Shown piece by piece: positions 1 through 10,020 of a DNA stretch of 64,000 nucleotides (position 1 is its first letter; each line of letters starts with the position of its first letter). The DNA comes from Candidatus Omnitrophota bacterium (GTDB lineage Bacteria > Omnitrophota > Gorgyraeia > Zapsychrales > Zapsychraceae), in the NCBI GenBank assembly GCA_028280285.1, contig JANQMA010000001.1:7184-71183 (forward strand), read 5' to 3'. Made by a program: the position numbers and the translations under genes. The notes below the pieces were generated by a model. The model was not told the origin of the DNA, did not search any database, and was given only the letters and a program-made list of their open reading frames with translations.

Positions 1-1033
1 AAACTTTCGAAGGGCTACCTTCGTCTTTAATCAGCGGTCTTAAACCGGCAAAAGTATCGATGATGTTTGATGGATCGATAGACCGGTTTGGAAAGACCCT
101 TCTTGTCGCCTCAAGAAGATAGCCAATATCCTCATCATTGACAGAAACATCGTCTGCCCCTTTTTTATAATCTGTGTCCGTTGTTCCAATAAGTGTATTT
201 TCCCCCCAGGGAATAATAAAAAATACACGGCCGTCGTCTTCATTAAAAACAAGTATTGCTTTCTTAGAAAAACGTCCGGCATAAACCAAATGCACGCCCT
301 TCGTCGGACGTATTTGCCCAGGAGACTGGTTCTTCTCCTTACGCATAAATTCATTCGTCCATGGACCGACGGCCGCAATAATGTTCTTTGCTTTAATTGT
401 GCAATACCTCCCGTCAATATGGTCATACGTGCGCACGCCAACACAGCGTCCGTTTTCTTTAATAAGCTCCCTAACCTCAATATAGTTGGCCACGTGTGCT
501 CCTTGCGCGTCGGCCTGCATAACATTCTCAAGGCATAACCGTGCATCATCCATCTGGGCATCGAAATAAGAAACCCCGCCAATAAGGTTTTCCTGCTTTA
601 ATCCCGGTACATTTTGTAAAATTTTTTTGTTCGAAAGATATTGTCTTCGGCCAAGAGTACTGGCTCCGCTTAAAATGTCATATAAAGTCACACCCAATCT
701 TATCAACCACAGCGGGCGTTTAGCCTCTTTATAAACAGGGACTATGAATTCAAGCGGTTTGACAAGATGGGGCGCTTTTTTAACCTGGATGGATCTTTCG
801 CGTAAGGCTTCACGGACAAGAGAAAAATGAAAGTTCTCCAAATAACGTAATCCACCGTGAATAAGTTTGGTTGATTTACTTGATGTCCCTGAGGCAAAAT
901 CGTTTTTTTCAAGAAGGGCAACTTTAAGGCCTTTAGACGAGGCAAGATTGGCAATGGCTGCACCATTAATGCCCCCGCCGATTACAATCAAATCATATTC
1001 ACCGTTACTCAAACGGTACGTGTCTCGTATCAT
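1..1033 (-). CDS. glpD: FAD-dependent glycerol-3-phosphate dehydrogenase (3' end outside the window)
   Basis: Not in the ORF track because there is no stop in the window. Manual translation from ATG at 1033 gives MIRDTYRLSNGEYDLIVIGGGINGAAIA (FAD-binding GxGxxG). Directly downstream of glpK. Confidence 0.9.
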   Translation of the reverse strand, partial: MIRDTYRLSNGEYDLIVIGGGINGAAIANLASSKGLKVALLEKNDFASGTSSKSTKLIHGGLRYLENFHFSLVREALRERSIQVKKAPHLVKPLEFIVPVYKEAKRPLWLIRLGVTLYDILSGASTLGRRQYLSNKKILQNVPGLKQENLIGGVSYFDAQMDDARLCLENVMQADAQGAHVANYIEVRELIKENGRCVGVRTYDHIDGRYCTIKAKNIIAAVGPWTNEFMRKEKNQSPGQIRPTKGVHLVYAGRFSKKAILVFNEDDGRVFFIIPWGENTLIGTTDTDYKKGADDVSVNDEDIGYLLEATRRVFPNRSIDPSNIIDTFAGLRPLIKDEGSPSKV

Positions 1034-1114
1034 AGTGATAGAGTGATAGAGTGCTAAAGTGATAGTAATATTAAAAAAACAATATCACTCTATCACTACT
1101 ATCACTCTATCACT
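1034..1114. repeat. Inverted array of 8-mer repeats (AGTGATAG)n ... (CTATCACT)n
   Basis: Four AGTGATAG-like units, an AT spacer, then four CTATCACT-like units. Fills the glpK-glpD gap. Same family as 39924-40045. Confidence 0.9.
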
Positions 1115-1120
1115 TATAAT

Positions 1121-2605
1121 TTATTTTGTTTGAGTTTGTGCAACTGCGTCCAGCCAGCCTTGGTATAGTTCACTTCGTTGCCGCGCAGGCATTCTAGGGC
1201 TAAACAATTTATTGGTTTTTCTTAATCGCAAAAGCTCTGCCTTTGTTTTCCACAAACCGACTTTCCGTCCAGCTAAAAGGGCCACGCCATAAACAGTTGA
1301 GTCAATCACCTCTGGACGATTGATGCGGCATTTCAATATATCTGATTGAAATTGCATGAGAAAATCATTATTGCATGCACCCCCATCAACACGTAGCTCA
1401 GTGATATTGCGTTTGAGTTCCTTTTGCATAAGTTCGATCACATCTTTTGTTTGATAGGCCATTGACTCGAGTGCCGCACGGACAATATGTTTTTTATTGG
1501 CTCCACGTGTCAGCCCTGTAACAATACCCCGGGCCGCACTATCCCAATAAGGACACCCTAAGCCGGTAAAAGCAGGTACAACATAAACACCGTTTGTATC
1601 CTTTACCCCCTTGATGAGCTTTTCCGATTCTTGAGCCGTTTTAATTAAACCGACCTCATCGCGCAGCCATTGCATAACCGCGCCTGCTATAAAAATAGAA
1701 CCTTCCAGTGCATAGACAGGTTTGCCGGTATCATCAGAGGCAATCGTTGTGAGTAAGCCCCCTTTGGAAGATACAAATTTTTGACCAGTGTTCGCGACAA
1801 TAAAGCACCCTGTGCCGTATGTATTTTTAACCGATCCGGCATTAAAACACCCCTGTCCATAAAGAGCTGCTTGTTGATCACCGAGCACGGCGGTTATAGG
1901 TATACCCGGCGGAAGCCCGGCAGAATTTCCCGTAAACCCAAAATAGTCTCCCGAGTTTTTAACTTCAGGTAAAATACCCGACGGAACATCCAAAATCTTA
2001 AGCAATTCATTATCCCATTTGCGGCGACGAATATTAAAAAGTAACGTGCGTGAAGCGTTAGTCACATCGGTAGCATGGGCCTTACCTTTAGTGAGCTTCC
2101 AAATAAGCCAACTGTCAATAGTCCCAAAACATGCTTGCCCTTTTATCGCCTTTTGTCTAAGGCCTTTAACATTATCCAAGAGCCATTTAACTTTGGTTCC
2201 GGAAAAATAAGGATCTAACACCAGTCCCGTTTTCTTTTTAAAGATTGGTTCTTTTCTTTTTAATTGTGTGCAAGTATCTGCTGTACGTCGACACTGCCAG
2301 ACAATAGCTTTGTAGAGCGGCTTAGATGTCTTGCGATCCCAAACCACTGTCGTTTCTCTTTGATTAGTAATCCCAATGGCTGCAATCGATTTACGTGAAA
2401 CTTTTGCCCGGCGTAAAACTTTCTTGATAACGCTTTTAACAGACTGCCATATTTCATCGGCATCATGCTCAACCCATCCAGGCTTAGGATAATATTGTTT
2501 AAACTCAACATACGCCGAAGCCACTGCCTTGGCTTTACTATCAAAAAGAAAAGCCCTTGATCCGGTTGTGCCTTGATCAAGAGCCAAAATAAATTTTTTA
2601 CTCAT
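1121..2605 (-). CDS. glpK: Glycerol kinase
   Basis: LALDQGTTGSRA, GITNQRETT, DPYFSGTK, GDQQAAL, KNTYGTGCF motifs. Confidence 0.97.
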   Translation of the reverse strand: MSKKFILALDQGTTGSRAFLFDSKAKAVASAYVEFKQYYPKPGWVEHDADEIWQSVKSVIKKVLRRAKVSRKSIAAIGITNQRETTVVWDRKTSKPLYKAIVWQCRRTADTCTQLKRKEPIFKKKTGLVLDPYFSGTKVKWLLDNVKGLRQKAIKGQACFGTIDSWLIWKLTKGKAHATDVTNASRTLLFNIRRRKWDNELLKILDVPSGILPEVKNSGDYFGFTGNSAGLPPGIPITAVLGDQQAALYGQGCFNAGSVKNTYGTGCFIVANTGQKFVSSKGGLLTTIASDDTGKPVYALEGSIFIAGAVMQWLRDEVGLIKTAQESEKLIKGVKDTNGVYVVPAFTGLGCPYWDSAARGIVTGLTRGANKKHIVRAALESMAYQTKDVIELMQKELKRNITELRVDGGACNNDFLMQFQSDILKCRINRPEVIDSTVYGVALLAGRKVGLWKTKAELLRLRKTNKLFSPRMPARQRSELYQGWLDAVAQTQTK

Positions 2606-2617
2606 TTTATTTATCCT

Positions 2618-3175
2618 TTATTCGAGGCCAAGCCTCTGCCTGTTTGAGTAATAAACTTTATCCCCCAAAACTTTTCTCGCCATGGCATCTCTGTCGCCTC
2701 CATTATCAAAATCGTATTCGATAATAGCGACAAACCGCATGACTTCATAAAAAGGGTTTTTAAGCATGCCTGCATTATTAAATGCCATCTCATCAATCAT
2801 ATCTACATAATGTTGCGGGCTATTGCGGATAATAATGCCTTTCTTCGCATAAAGTTTGATATAATTTTCGACTGTAATAAGCTTAGGTTCGTTATCGATC
2901 ATCATTTTCCAGACTTCACTGGAAAATTCAAGCTCTTTCCATATCGACCTTAAATCAACAACATCTTCAACAACCGGTTCTGTTATCTGAGGAATATCAT
3001 TTGGTAGTCTATTTTGTTGGGCTTGTTGTTGCTGCTGGATTTGTTTTTGAATTTCAAGCTGCCGGAGTTGTTGTTGGCGGGCTTGTTGTTTTTTTGCCTG
3101 AATAACCGCAGAAGAGTACGCAAACTGCGCACTTACTATTAAAAGAAATGTAAAAAAGATAATCCTGTGGATCAT
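2618..3175 (-). CDS. Exported hypothetical protein with a Gln-rich segment
   Basis: 185 aa ORF with signal-peptide-like N-terminus; 4-nt overlap with the upstream gene. Confidence 0.7.
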   Translation of the reverse strand: MIHRIIFFTFLLIVSAQFAYSSAVIQAKKQQARQQQLRQLEIQKQIQQQQQAQQNRLPNDIPQITEPVVEDVVDLRSIWKELEFSSEVWKMMIDNEPKLITVENYIKLYAKKGIIIRNSPQHYVDMIDEMAFNNAGMLKNPFYEVMRFVAIIEYDFDNGGDRDAMARKVLGDKVYYSNRQRLGLE

Positions 3176-3678
3176 TGAGATGGCGTTGGATTAACTAAAG
3201 ATTGAACAAGCGCGACTGCTTTTTTAAATTTTTCTTCATCTTTCGCTTGTAAAAATATCTCTGCACTTTGTTTTCCGGCCGCGACAGCTTTATTTTTATA
3301 GTACTCTACCTCATCTTCGTTGCCGAGTGACGCCTCAACCTGAGCCTTAAGCATGCTGCTCAAAGCAAGAAAATACTGTGCCTCTCCATCGAGTGGATTT
3401 ACCCTTGTTGCGGCATTAAATGTGTCAACCGCTGCAGTAAAGTTTTTAAGTCTTAAATAAACCTCACCCAAAGGAATATAATTAGCCGAGTTTGTTGGAT
3501 CCTGTTGGATAACTGTATCAAAGCTCTTAATGGCCGAAGAAATATCTCCCTTTGCTAATTGCGCATAGCCTTCATCCAAGCCGGCAGTAGATGCCTGTGT
3601 CATTTCTTTTGGTTCATCAGCTTTCCCGCATCCAAGCACAGCAGCAACTAACAAAGCTAGTATAATCCGCATTTTCAT
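3172..3678 (-). CDS. TPR-repeat lipoprotein
   Basis: Lipobox VLGC; TPR-like helices (AIKSFDTVIQQDPTNSANYIPLGEVY, AQYFLAL). Confidence 0.8.
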   Translation of the reverse strand: MKMRIILALLVAAVLGCGKADEPKEMTQASTAGLDEGYAQLAKGDISSAIKSFDTVIQQDPTNSANYIPLGEVYLRLKNFTAAVDTFNAATRVNPLDGEAQYFLALSSMLKAQVEASLGNEDEVEYYKNKAVAAGKQSAEIFLQAKDEEKFKKAVALVQSLVNPTPSQ

Positions 3679-3720
3679 ATTTATTCCTTTGGTAAAGAGT
3701 TAAAGTAGTTACTCTTCTTC

Positions 3721-3770
3721 GCTCCGCTAAGCGGAGCTTCGAAGCAATTATCCCGCCTTTGGCGGGATAA
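3721..3770. repeat. Two GC-rich REP-like palindromes
   Basis: GCTCCGC-TAA-GCGGAGC (3721-3737) and TTATCCCGCC-TTT-GGCGGGATAA (3748-3770). Confidence 0.6.
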
Positions 3771-3800
3771 AAAAAGAGGTAACTTGAAGAAGTTACCTCT
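3768..3800 (-). terminator. Intrinsic terminator after gltD
   Basis: 11-bp stem AGAGGTAACTT/AAGTTACCTCT followed by a T-run on the minus strand. Confidence 0.75.
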
Positions 3801-3851
3801 CACCATATCAAAAAATCCACCATAAATAAACCTTAAATGTTAAACATGCAT

Positions 3852-5279
3852 TTAAGCCGGAATAAGGTATTTATGCACACCTTCGGCGGCGGCCCTTCCT
3901 TCATTAATGGCCCAGACAACCAAAGACTGCCCGCGCGTCATATCCCCTGCGACAAAAACACCCGGAATACTTGTCATCTTATTCCCATCGGCCTTAACAT
4001 TGCCACGCTCAGTCAGCTCAACGCCAAGCTCCTCAATAAGCCCGGTCTTAACCGGCCCTAAAAATCCCATCGCAAGTAATACTAAATCGGCATCTATCTC
4101 AAATTCGGATCCCTCGATTTCCTTCATTGGCCGGCGGCCTGTTGCGGGATCTTTTTCGCCAAACTCCAGTCTCACCGCTTGAAGCTTTGTTAATTTGCCA
4201 TTTGCGCCAATAAATTTTTTCGTCATAACCGCAAACTCACGCTCAACACCCTCTTCGTGCGAAGTTGATGTGCGCAGAATAAATGCCCAGTTTGGCCATG
4301 GGTTATCCGCTTCGCGTTCTTCAGGCGGCTTAGGAAGAAGTTCGAAATTGGTTACCGATTTAGCCCCTTGACGGTTTGATGTGCCGATACAATCGGACCC
4401 TGTGTCTCCTCCACCGATGACAACAACATGCTTGCCCTTAGCCGAAATTCTTTGTGCATTAATCTTTTTCCCTAAACATTCTCTGTTTTGTTGCGTTAAA
4501 AAGTCCATGGCAAAATGAACACCGTCCAGCTCTCGTCCTTCAATCGGAAGGTCACGCGGCTGCTCAGCCCCGCAACAAAGGACAACCGCATTATAATCAT
4601 CTATCAATTTTTGGCACGACACATCCCGTCCGACATTAACGCCTGTTTTAAATTTAACCCCTTCCTGGCTCATTCGCTTAAGGCGTCTCTCGACGACCCA
4701 TTTTTCCATTTTAAATTCAGGAATACCGAGGGTTAAAAGCCCGCCTAGAACTTCATTTTTTTCATACACCGTTATTTGATGGCCGAGTTTATTCAGTTGA
4801 TCGGCACAAGCGAGTCCCGCAGGACCGGAACCGACAATGGCAACCGTTTTACCTGTGCGTGTTTTAGGAGGTTGTGGTTTAATCCAGCCCTCATCATAGG
4901 CTTTTTCAATAATCGAGACTTCAATATTTTTGATCGCGACCGGCGGTTCATTGATGCCAAGCACACATGCATTTTCGCACGGAGCCGGGCAAACACGTCC
5001 GGTAAACTCAGGAAAATTATTTGTTTTATGCAAACGTTCGATGGCCTTGGCCCAGTCATCTTTATACACAAGATCGTTCCAGTCAGGAATAATGTTTCCT
5101 ATCGGACATCCGCTTTGGCAAAAAGGAATACCGCAATCCATACAACGCGCCCCTTGATCGCGCAAATCCTGCTCAGGCATTTTAACAATAAACTCGTTAT
5201 AATGATTAATGCGCGTCTTGGTAGACTCCTTGTCGAAGTCTTTGCGGCCAATATTCATAAACCCTTTAATGTTACCCAT
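3852..5279 (-). CDS. gltD: Glutamate synthase small subunit
   Basis: RCMDCGIPFC, GRVCPAPCE, GSGPAGL, GGGDTGSDC; directly follows gltB. Confidence 0.97.
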   Translation of the reverse strand: MGNIKGFMNIGRKDFDKESTKTRINHYNEFIVKMPEQDLRDQGARCMDCGIPFCQSGCPIGNIIPDWNDLVYKDDWAKAIERLHKTNNFPEFTGRVCPAPCENACVLGINEPPVAIKNIEVSIIEKAYDEGWIKPQPPKTRTGKTVAIVGSGPAGLACADQLNKLGHQITVYEKNEVLGGLLTLGIPEFKMEKWVVERRLKRMSQEGVKFKTGVNVGRDVSCQKLIDDYNAVVLCCGAEQPRDLPIEGRELDGVHFAMDFLTQQNRECLGKKINAQRISAKGKHVVVIGGGDTGSDCIGTSNRQGAKSVTNFELLPKPPEEREADNPWPNWAFILRTSTSHEEGVEREFAVMTKKFIGANGKLTKLQAVRLEFGEKDPATGRRPMKEIEGSEFEIDADLVLLAMGFLGPVKTGLIEELGVELTERGNVKADGNKMTSIPGVFVAGDMTRGQSLVVWAINEGRAAAEGVHKYLIPA

Positions 5280-5291
5280 AGCTTGCTTTCC

Positions 5292-8200
5292 TTAATTCTG
5301 CGGAATATCTTCCGTTTCAGGAATTTCTGACTCAACAGCCCGACGGGCTTCTTCGATCACACGTCTGTAATCGATCGGATACACTTTGACAAACTGAGGT
5401 AAAGTCTCATCCCACTTTTTAAGCACATCTTCGGCGACCGTACTTCCTGTATATGTTTGATGATTTTGAATGAGTGTTTTAAGCTCATTAATATCTTGTT
5501 CTTCCTCAACTTTAAAAAGTTCCACCATACCCATATTGCATTTGTTTTTAAATGTGCCGTCAGGGTCCCAAATATAAGCAATCCCTCCGCTCATGCCGGC
5601 CGCAAAATTACGTCCGGTGTTGCCTAAGACAACGACGCATCCGCCTGTCATGTACTCACAGCCATGATCCCCAATGCCTTCAATAACCGTTCGCACACCA
5701 CTATTGCGTACACAAAAACGCTCCCCTCCAAGGCCGCGAAAATACGCTTCGCCTTTAATACCGCCATAAAGGACGACATTTCCGATGAGAATATTTTCTT
5801 CCGGAACAAATGGAGACTTCTTCGGCGGATAAATGATAAGCTTTCCGCCGGATAAACCTTTGCCCACATAGTCATTGGCATCGCCTTCCAGCTCAAACTT
5901 AACACCATGCGCCAAAAATGCACCGAAGCTTTGACCTGCCGAACCATTGAACTTGACGTGAATCGTGTCTTCATCCAAACCGGCCATACCATACTGACGG
6001 GCAATTTCACTACTCATCATCGTTCCAACCGTACGATTGACATTAACAATTTTGCTTTCAAATGAAACCGGTTTTCTATTTTCGATAGCGCTCTTTGCCT
6101 TTTTAATTAATTCATTATCAAGCGCTTTATCTAACCCATGGTCTTGTCCTTCGACGTGACGAATAGCAACACCTTCCGGAACATCCGGCTTATGGAGAAT
6201 ATTTGTTAGATCGATACCCTTGACCTTCCAGTGATCAATCACATCCTGCGTTTCCAAATAATCAACACGACCAACCAAATCATCGAACTTGCGGATACCA
6301 AGTTCAGCCATAATTGCGCGCGCTTCTTCGGCAATAAAAGTAAAAAAGTTAACAACATGCTCCGGATCACCGGTAAATTTTTCGCGTAATTTGGCATCTT
6401 GAGTGGCAATACCAACAGAACATGTATTTAAATGACACTTGCGAAGTAAAATACATCCCATAGTGACAAGCGCAACAGTTGCAAATCCGAATTCATCGGC
6501 GCCAAGCATACCGGCAATCACCACATCCCGGCCTGTTTTAAGTTGCCCGTCGGTTTGCACACGAATGCGTCCGCGCAAGTCATTCATAACTAAAACTTGT
6601 TGTGTCTCAGCGATCCCCAATTCCATCGGCAAACCACAATGTTTAATAGACGTTTGAGGCGATGCTCCTGTTCCGCCTTCATAGCCGCTGATAAGAACAT
6701 GATCGCTCTTCCCCTTAGATACGCCGGCTGCAACAGTACCGACACCGATTTCTGAAACAAGCTTAACACTGACATCCGCATTCTTATTTGCGTTTTTAAG
6801 GTCATGTATTAGTTGAGCCAAATCCTCAATGGAATAAATATCGTGATGTGGCGGTGGCGAAATAAGCCCTACACCTTTTGTTGTCCCACGTGTATCGGCA
6901 ATTTCCTGGCTTACCTTATGTCCTGGAAGCTGTCCGCCCTCGCCGGGCTTGGCACCTTGCGCCATTTTAATCTGCATTTGATCAGAGTTGACCAAATATT
7001 CGATCGTTACACCAAAGCGTCCTTGCGCCACTTGCTTAATGCGGCTTCGTTTAGTGTCGCCGTTTGGCAATGGTTTAAATCGTTCCGGTTTTTCGCCGCC
7101 TTCACCGGTGTTCGAAAACCCGCCTAAACGGTTCATCGCAATGGCCAACGTCTCGTGTGCCTCTTTAGAAATAGAACCAAAACTCATCGCACCAGTCGCA
7201 AAACGTTTAACGATTTCGCTTGCCGGCTCAACTTCCGTGAGCGAAATTGGTTTACCTTCTTTAAATTTAAGTAAACCGCGGATGTTCGCCAGGTTCGTCT
7301 GCTGTTTATTAACTAAATTTGTATACTTTTTAAATATTTGATAATCACCGGAACGGCAGGCATGTTGCAGAAGACCGATCGTTTGAGGATTGAGTTGATG
7401 ATGCTCACCTTCCCGACGCCATTGATAACGTCCGCCAATATTAAGCATTTCATCATAAACCGTCTCGCCCGGATAAGCCTCATCATGTTGGCGAACCATC
7501 TCCTCAGCAATCTCTTCGATACCAATACCGCCAATACGTGATGGTGTGGCTGTAAAATATTTATCGACAAAAACATTGTTAAGACCGACTGCTTCAAAAA
7601 TCTGCGCACCACAATAAGATTGAATAGTCGAGATGCCCATTTTCGAAATAATCTTAAAGAGTCCTTTACGTGTCGACTTAAGATATTTTTCCTGAGCCTC
7701 GTCAAACGTAATATCGTAGTAAGCCCCTTTATTGATTGCATCTTCAATCGTTTCAAAAGCTAAATACGGATTAATAGCATTAGCACCATAACCGATCAAC
7801 ACTGCAAAGTGATGCATTTCACGCGCCTCACCTGATTCGAGCACAATGCTTACCTTTGTCCGTGTTCCTTGACGGATTAAATGATGATGCAACCCGGCAC
7901 AAGCCAAAAGAGATGGCATTGGAAGGTGTTTTTGATCAACACCGCGGTCGGACAATACAAGAATAGATGCACCCTCTTCAATGGCCCGGTCAGCCTCGGC
8001 AAAAATATTATCAAGAGCGGCTTCCAATCCTTCTTCCTTGTTAAACAGTATTTGAAACTTGGATGCCTTTAAATTACCTTGATTAATCGCAGCAATTTTT
8101 TCTAGCTCTTGATTTGTAATGATAGGTTTCTTTAAACGCAGGCGATGGCAATGCTCTGGTGTTTCATCAAGAAGATTGCCTTCCGCGCCCAGCATAACAT

Positions 8201-9830
8201 CCTCGGCCATAATAACCTCTTCACGGATAGGATCAACAGGTGGATTGGTTACTTGAGCAAACAGCTGTTTAAAATATTCATAAAGAAGCCGCGGCTTACG
8301 TGATAACACAGCAAGCGGCGTGTCATCGCCCATGGCGCCTGTGGCCTCAATCCCAGCCGTTGCCATCGGACGAAGAACAATTTTGACATCTTCGATCGTA
8401 TAGCCGAAAGCCTTTTGGCGTTCAAGGAGTGTTTTTGGTTCAAGTCCGTGCACTTTTTTCGGTTCAGGCAAATCATTTAAATCAACGACATTGTCTTTAA
8501 TCCAATTTTGATAAGGATTACGATCAATATGTGCCTGTTTTAATTCAGAATCATCGATGATGCGCCCTTCTTCTGTATCGATCAAAAAGATTTTACCCGG
8601 CTCAAGACGCCCTTTCTTAATTACCTTCTCCGGAGCAATCTCTAAAACGCCGGCTTCAGAACCCATAATGCAATAATCATCATCGGTAACCCAATAACGC
8701 GAAGGACGAAGCCCGTTACGGTCAAGTAACGCGCCAATTGATTTTCCGTCGGTAAAACAGAGTGACGCCGGACCGTCCCACGGCTCCATTAAACACGAAT
8801 GATATTCATAAAACGCTTTTTTATCCTCCGGCATGCTTTCATGCCCGCTCCATGCCTCGGGCACCATCATCATGGCGGCATGCGCCAAAGAACGTCCGGA
8901 TAATACCAGCATTTCAAACACATTATCGAATGTCTGTGAATCACTTCCGTGGTTCATAACAACAGGTGTTATTTTCTTCAGATCATCGCCAAATTTATCG
9001 GAAATAAACTGCATTTCACGCGCGTGCATGTAATTGATGTTGCCGCGTAGTGTATTAATCTCACCGTTGTGCGCAATCATACGAAATGGATGAGCCAGTC
9101 CCCAGGTTGGAAATGTATTTGTACTGTAACGGGAATGCGTTAAGGCAAGTGCCGACTCCATAGCGGGATCTTTCAGATCATCGAAAAAATTGGCCACTTG
9201 CTCGGCCATTAATTGGCCTTTATAAACAATTGTCCTACTTGAAAGTGAGCATGTATAGTAATAGCCTTTTTGCGATAGGACAGAATCAAATACCTTATTA
9301 TAAAGACGCTTGCGGATCACATAGAGCTTACGCTCAAATGCCTCTGTTGGCGTAGCCTCGCCTTTGCCAACAAAAAGCATTTTAAACTCCGGCATAACGG
9401 AACGGGCAACCTTCCCGATTTTATCCGGATTGTGGGTTACCTCACGCCAGCCGAGAAACTTCTGGCCTTCTTCTCTGATAATATGTTCGGTCCACTCCTC
9501 AATTTGGTTGCGCTCATCAAGGCTTGGTGGAAGAAAGATAATTCCGGCTCCGTATTCGCCTTCCGGAGGGAGCGTAATATTGATCTTTTCGCATTCTTGG
9601 CGCAAGAACTTATCAGGCAGCTGGATGAGAATACCGGCCCCATCGCCTGTTTCCGGGTCGCAACCACATGCCCCTCTGTGGGTTAAATTTTCCAAAATCT
9701 GCAGGCCGTCGCGTACAATCTTGTGGGATTTGATCCCCTTCATTTGGGCAATAAAACCGACACCACAGGCGTCATGCTCGAAGGCTGGATCATAAAGACC
9801 TTTTTTTTGTGGATAGTTTACGTTCTGCAT
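5292..9830 (-). CDS. gltB: Glutamate synthase large subunit
   Basis: 1512 aa; EHDACGVG (catalytic Cys), HSRYSTNT, GAKPGEGGQL, CHLNTCSVG, C-terminal GXGXG repeats. Confidence 0.98.
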   Translation of the reverse strand: MQNVNYPQKKGLYDPAFEHDACGVGFIAQMKGIKSHKIVRDGLQILENLTHRGACGCDPETGDGAGILIQLPDKFLRQECEKINITLPPEGEYGAGIIFLPPSLDERNQIEEWTEHIIREEGQKFLGWREVTHNPDKIGKVARSVMPEFKMLFVGKGEATPTEAFERKLYVIRKRLYNKVFDSVLSQKGYYYTCSLSSRTIVYKGQLMAEQVANFFDDLKDPAMESALALTHSRYSTNTFPTWGLAHPFRMIAHNGEINTLRGNINYMHAREMQFISDKFGDDLKKITPVVMNHGSDSQTFDNVFEMLVLSGRSLAHAAMMMVPEAWSGHESMPEDKKAFYEYHSCLMEPWDGPASLCFTDGKSIGALLDRNGLRPSRYWVTDDDYCIMGSEAGVLEIAPEKVIKKGRLEPGKIFLIDTEEGRIIDDSELKQAHIDRNPYQNWIKDNVVDLNDLPEPKKVHGLEPKTLLERQKAFGYTIEDVKIVLRPMATAGIEATGAMGDDTPLAVLSRKPRLLYEYFKQLFAQVTNPPVDPIREEVIMAEDVMLGAEGNLLDETPEHCHRLRLKKPIITNQELEKIAAINQGNLKASKFQILFNKEEGLEAALDNIFAEADRAIEEGASILVLSDRGVDQKHLPMPSLLACAGLHHHLIRQGTRTKVSIVLESGEAREMHHFAVLIGYGANAINPYLAFETIEDAINKGAYYDITFDEAQEKYLKSTRKGLFKIISKMGISTIQSYCGAQIFEAVGLNNVFVDKYFTATPSRIGGIGIEEIAEEMVRQHDEAYPGETVYDEMLNIGGRYQWRREGEHHQLNPQTIGLLQHACRSGDYQIFKKYTNLVNKQQTNLANIRGLLKFKEGKPISLTEVEPASEIVKRFATGAMSFGSISKEAHETLAIAMNRLGGFSNTGEGGEKPERFKPLPNGDTKRSRIKQVAQGRFGVTIEYLVNSDQMQIKMAQGAKPGEGGQLPGHKVSQEIADTRGTTKGVGLISPPPHHDIYSIEDLAQLIHDLKNANKNADVSVKLVSEIGVGTVAAGVSKGKSDHVLISGYEGGTGASPQTSIKHCGLPMELGIAETQQVLVMNDLRGRIRVQTDGQLKTGRDVVIAGMLGADEFGFATVALVTMGCILLRKCHLNTCSVGIATQDAKLREKFTGDPEHVVNFFTFIAEEARAIMAELGIRKFDDLVGRVDYLETQDVIDHWKVKGIDLTNILHKPDVPEGVAIRHVEGQDHGLDKALDNELIKKAKSAIENRKPVSFESKIVNVNRTVGTMMSSEIARQYGMAGLDEDTIHVKFNGSAGQSFGAFLAHGVKFELEGDANDYVGKGLSGGKLIIYPPKKSPFVPEENILIGNVVLYGGIKGEAYFRGLGGERFCVRNSGVRTVIEGIGDHGCEYMTGGCVVVLGNTGRNFAAGMSGGIAYIWDPDGTFKNKCNMGMVELFKVEEEQDINELKTLIQNHQTYTGSTVAEDVLKKWDETLPQFVKVYPIDYRRVIEEARRAVESEIPETEDIPQN

Positions 9831-9902
9831 AATATATTTTTCCTAACTCTCTGCAAGCACATCGGATGCCTTTGGAAGGTTTTCCCTTGATGAGAGATTA
9901 CC

Positions 9903-9930
9903 ATTTTACATATTTTTCTAAATAATGCAA
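9903..9930 (-). promoter_or_regulatory. Putative sigma70 promoter of gltBD
   Basis: TTGCAT-16-TAAAAT on the minus strand. Confidence 0.45.
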
Positions 9931-10020
9931 CCCCAAAATTCACCGATTGCCCATAAGTCCTAGATGCCTGCCGGAGGTTTAAAAGGTGTTGAAAACAATG
10001 ATGATACGAATAATGACGAG

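Noticed and set aside
40-966. Track ORFs 40-582, 290-538 and 742-966
   Set aside because: Alternative-frame or antisense shadows of glpD, whose real frame runs off the window
9940-9956. UGGGCAAUCGG upstream of gltB, resembling the start of an ANTAR hairpin
   Set aside because: No complementary 3' arm, no G4 in the loop, no terminator, and it lies upstream of the putative promoter
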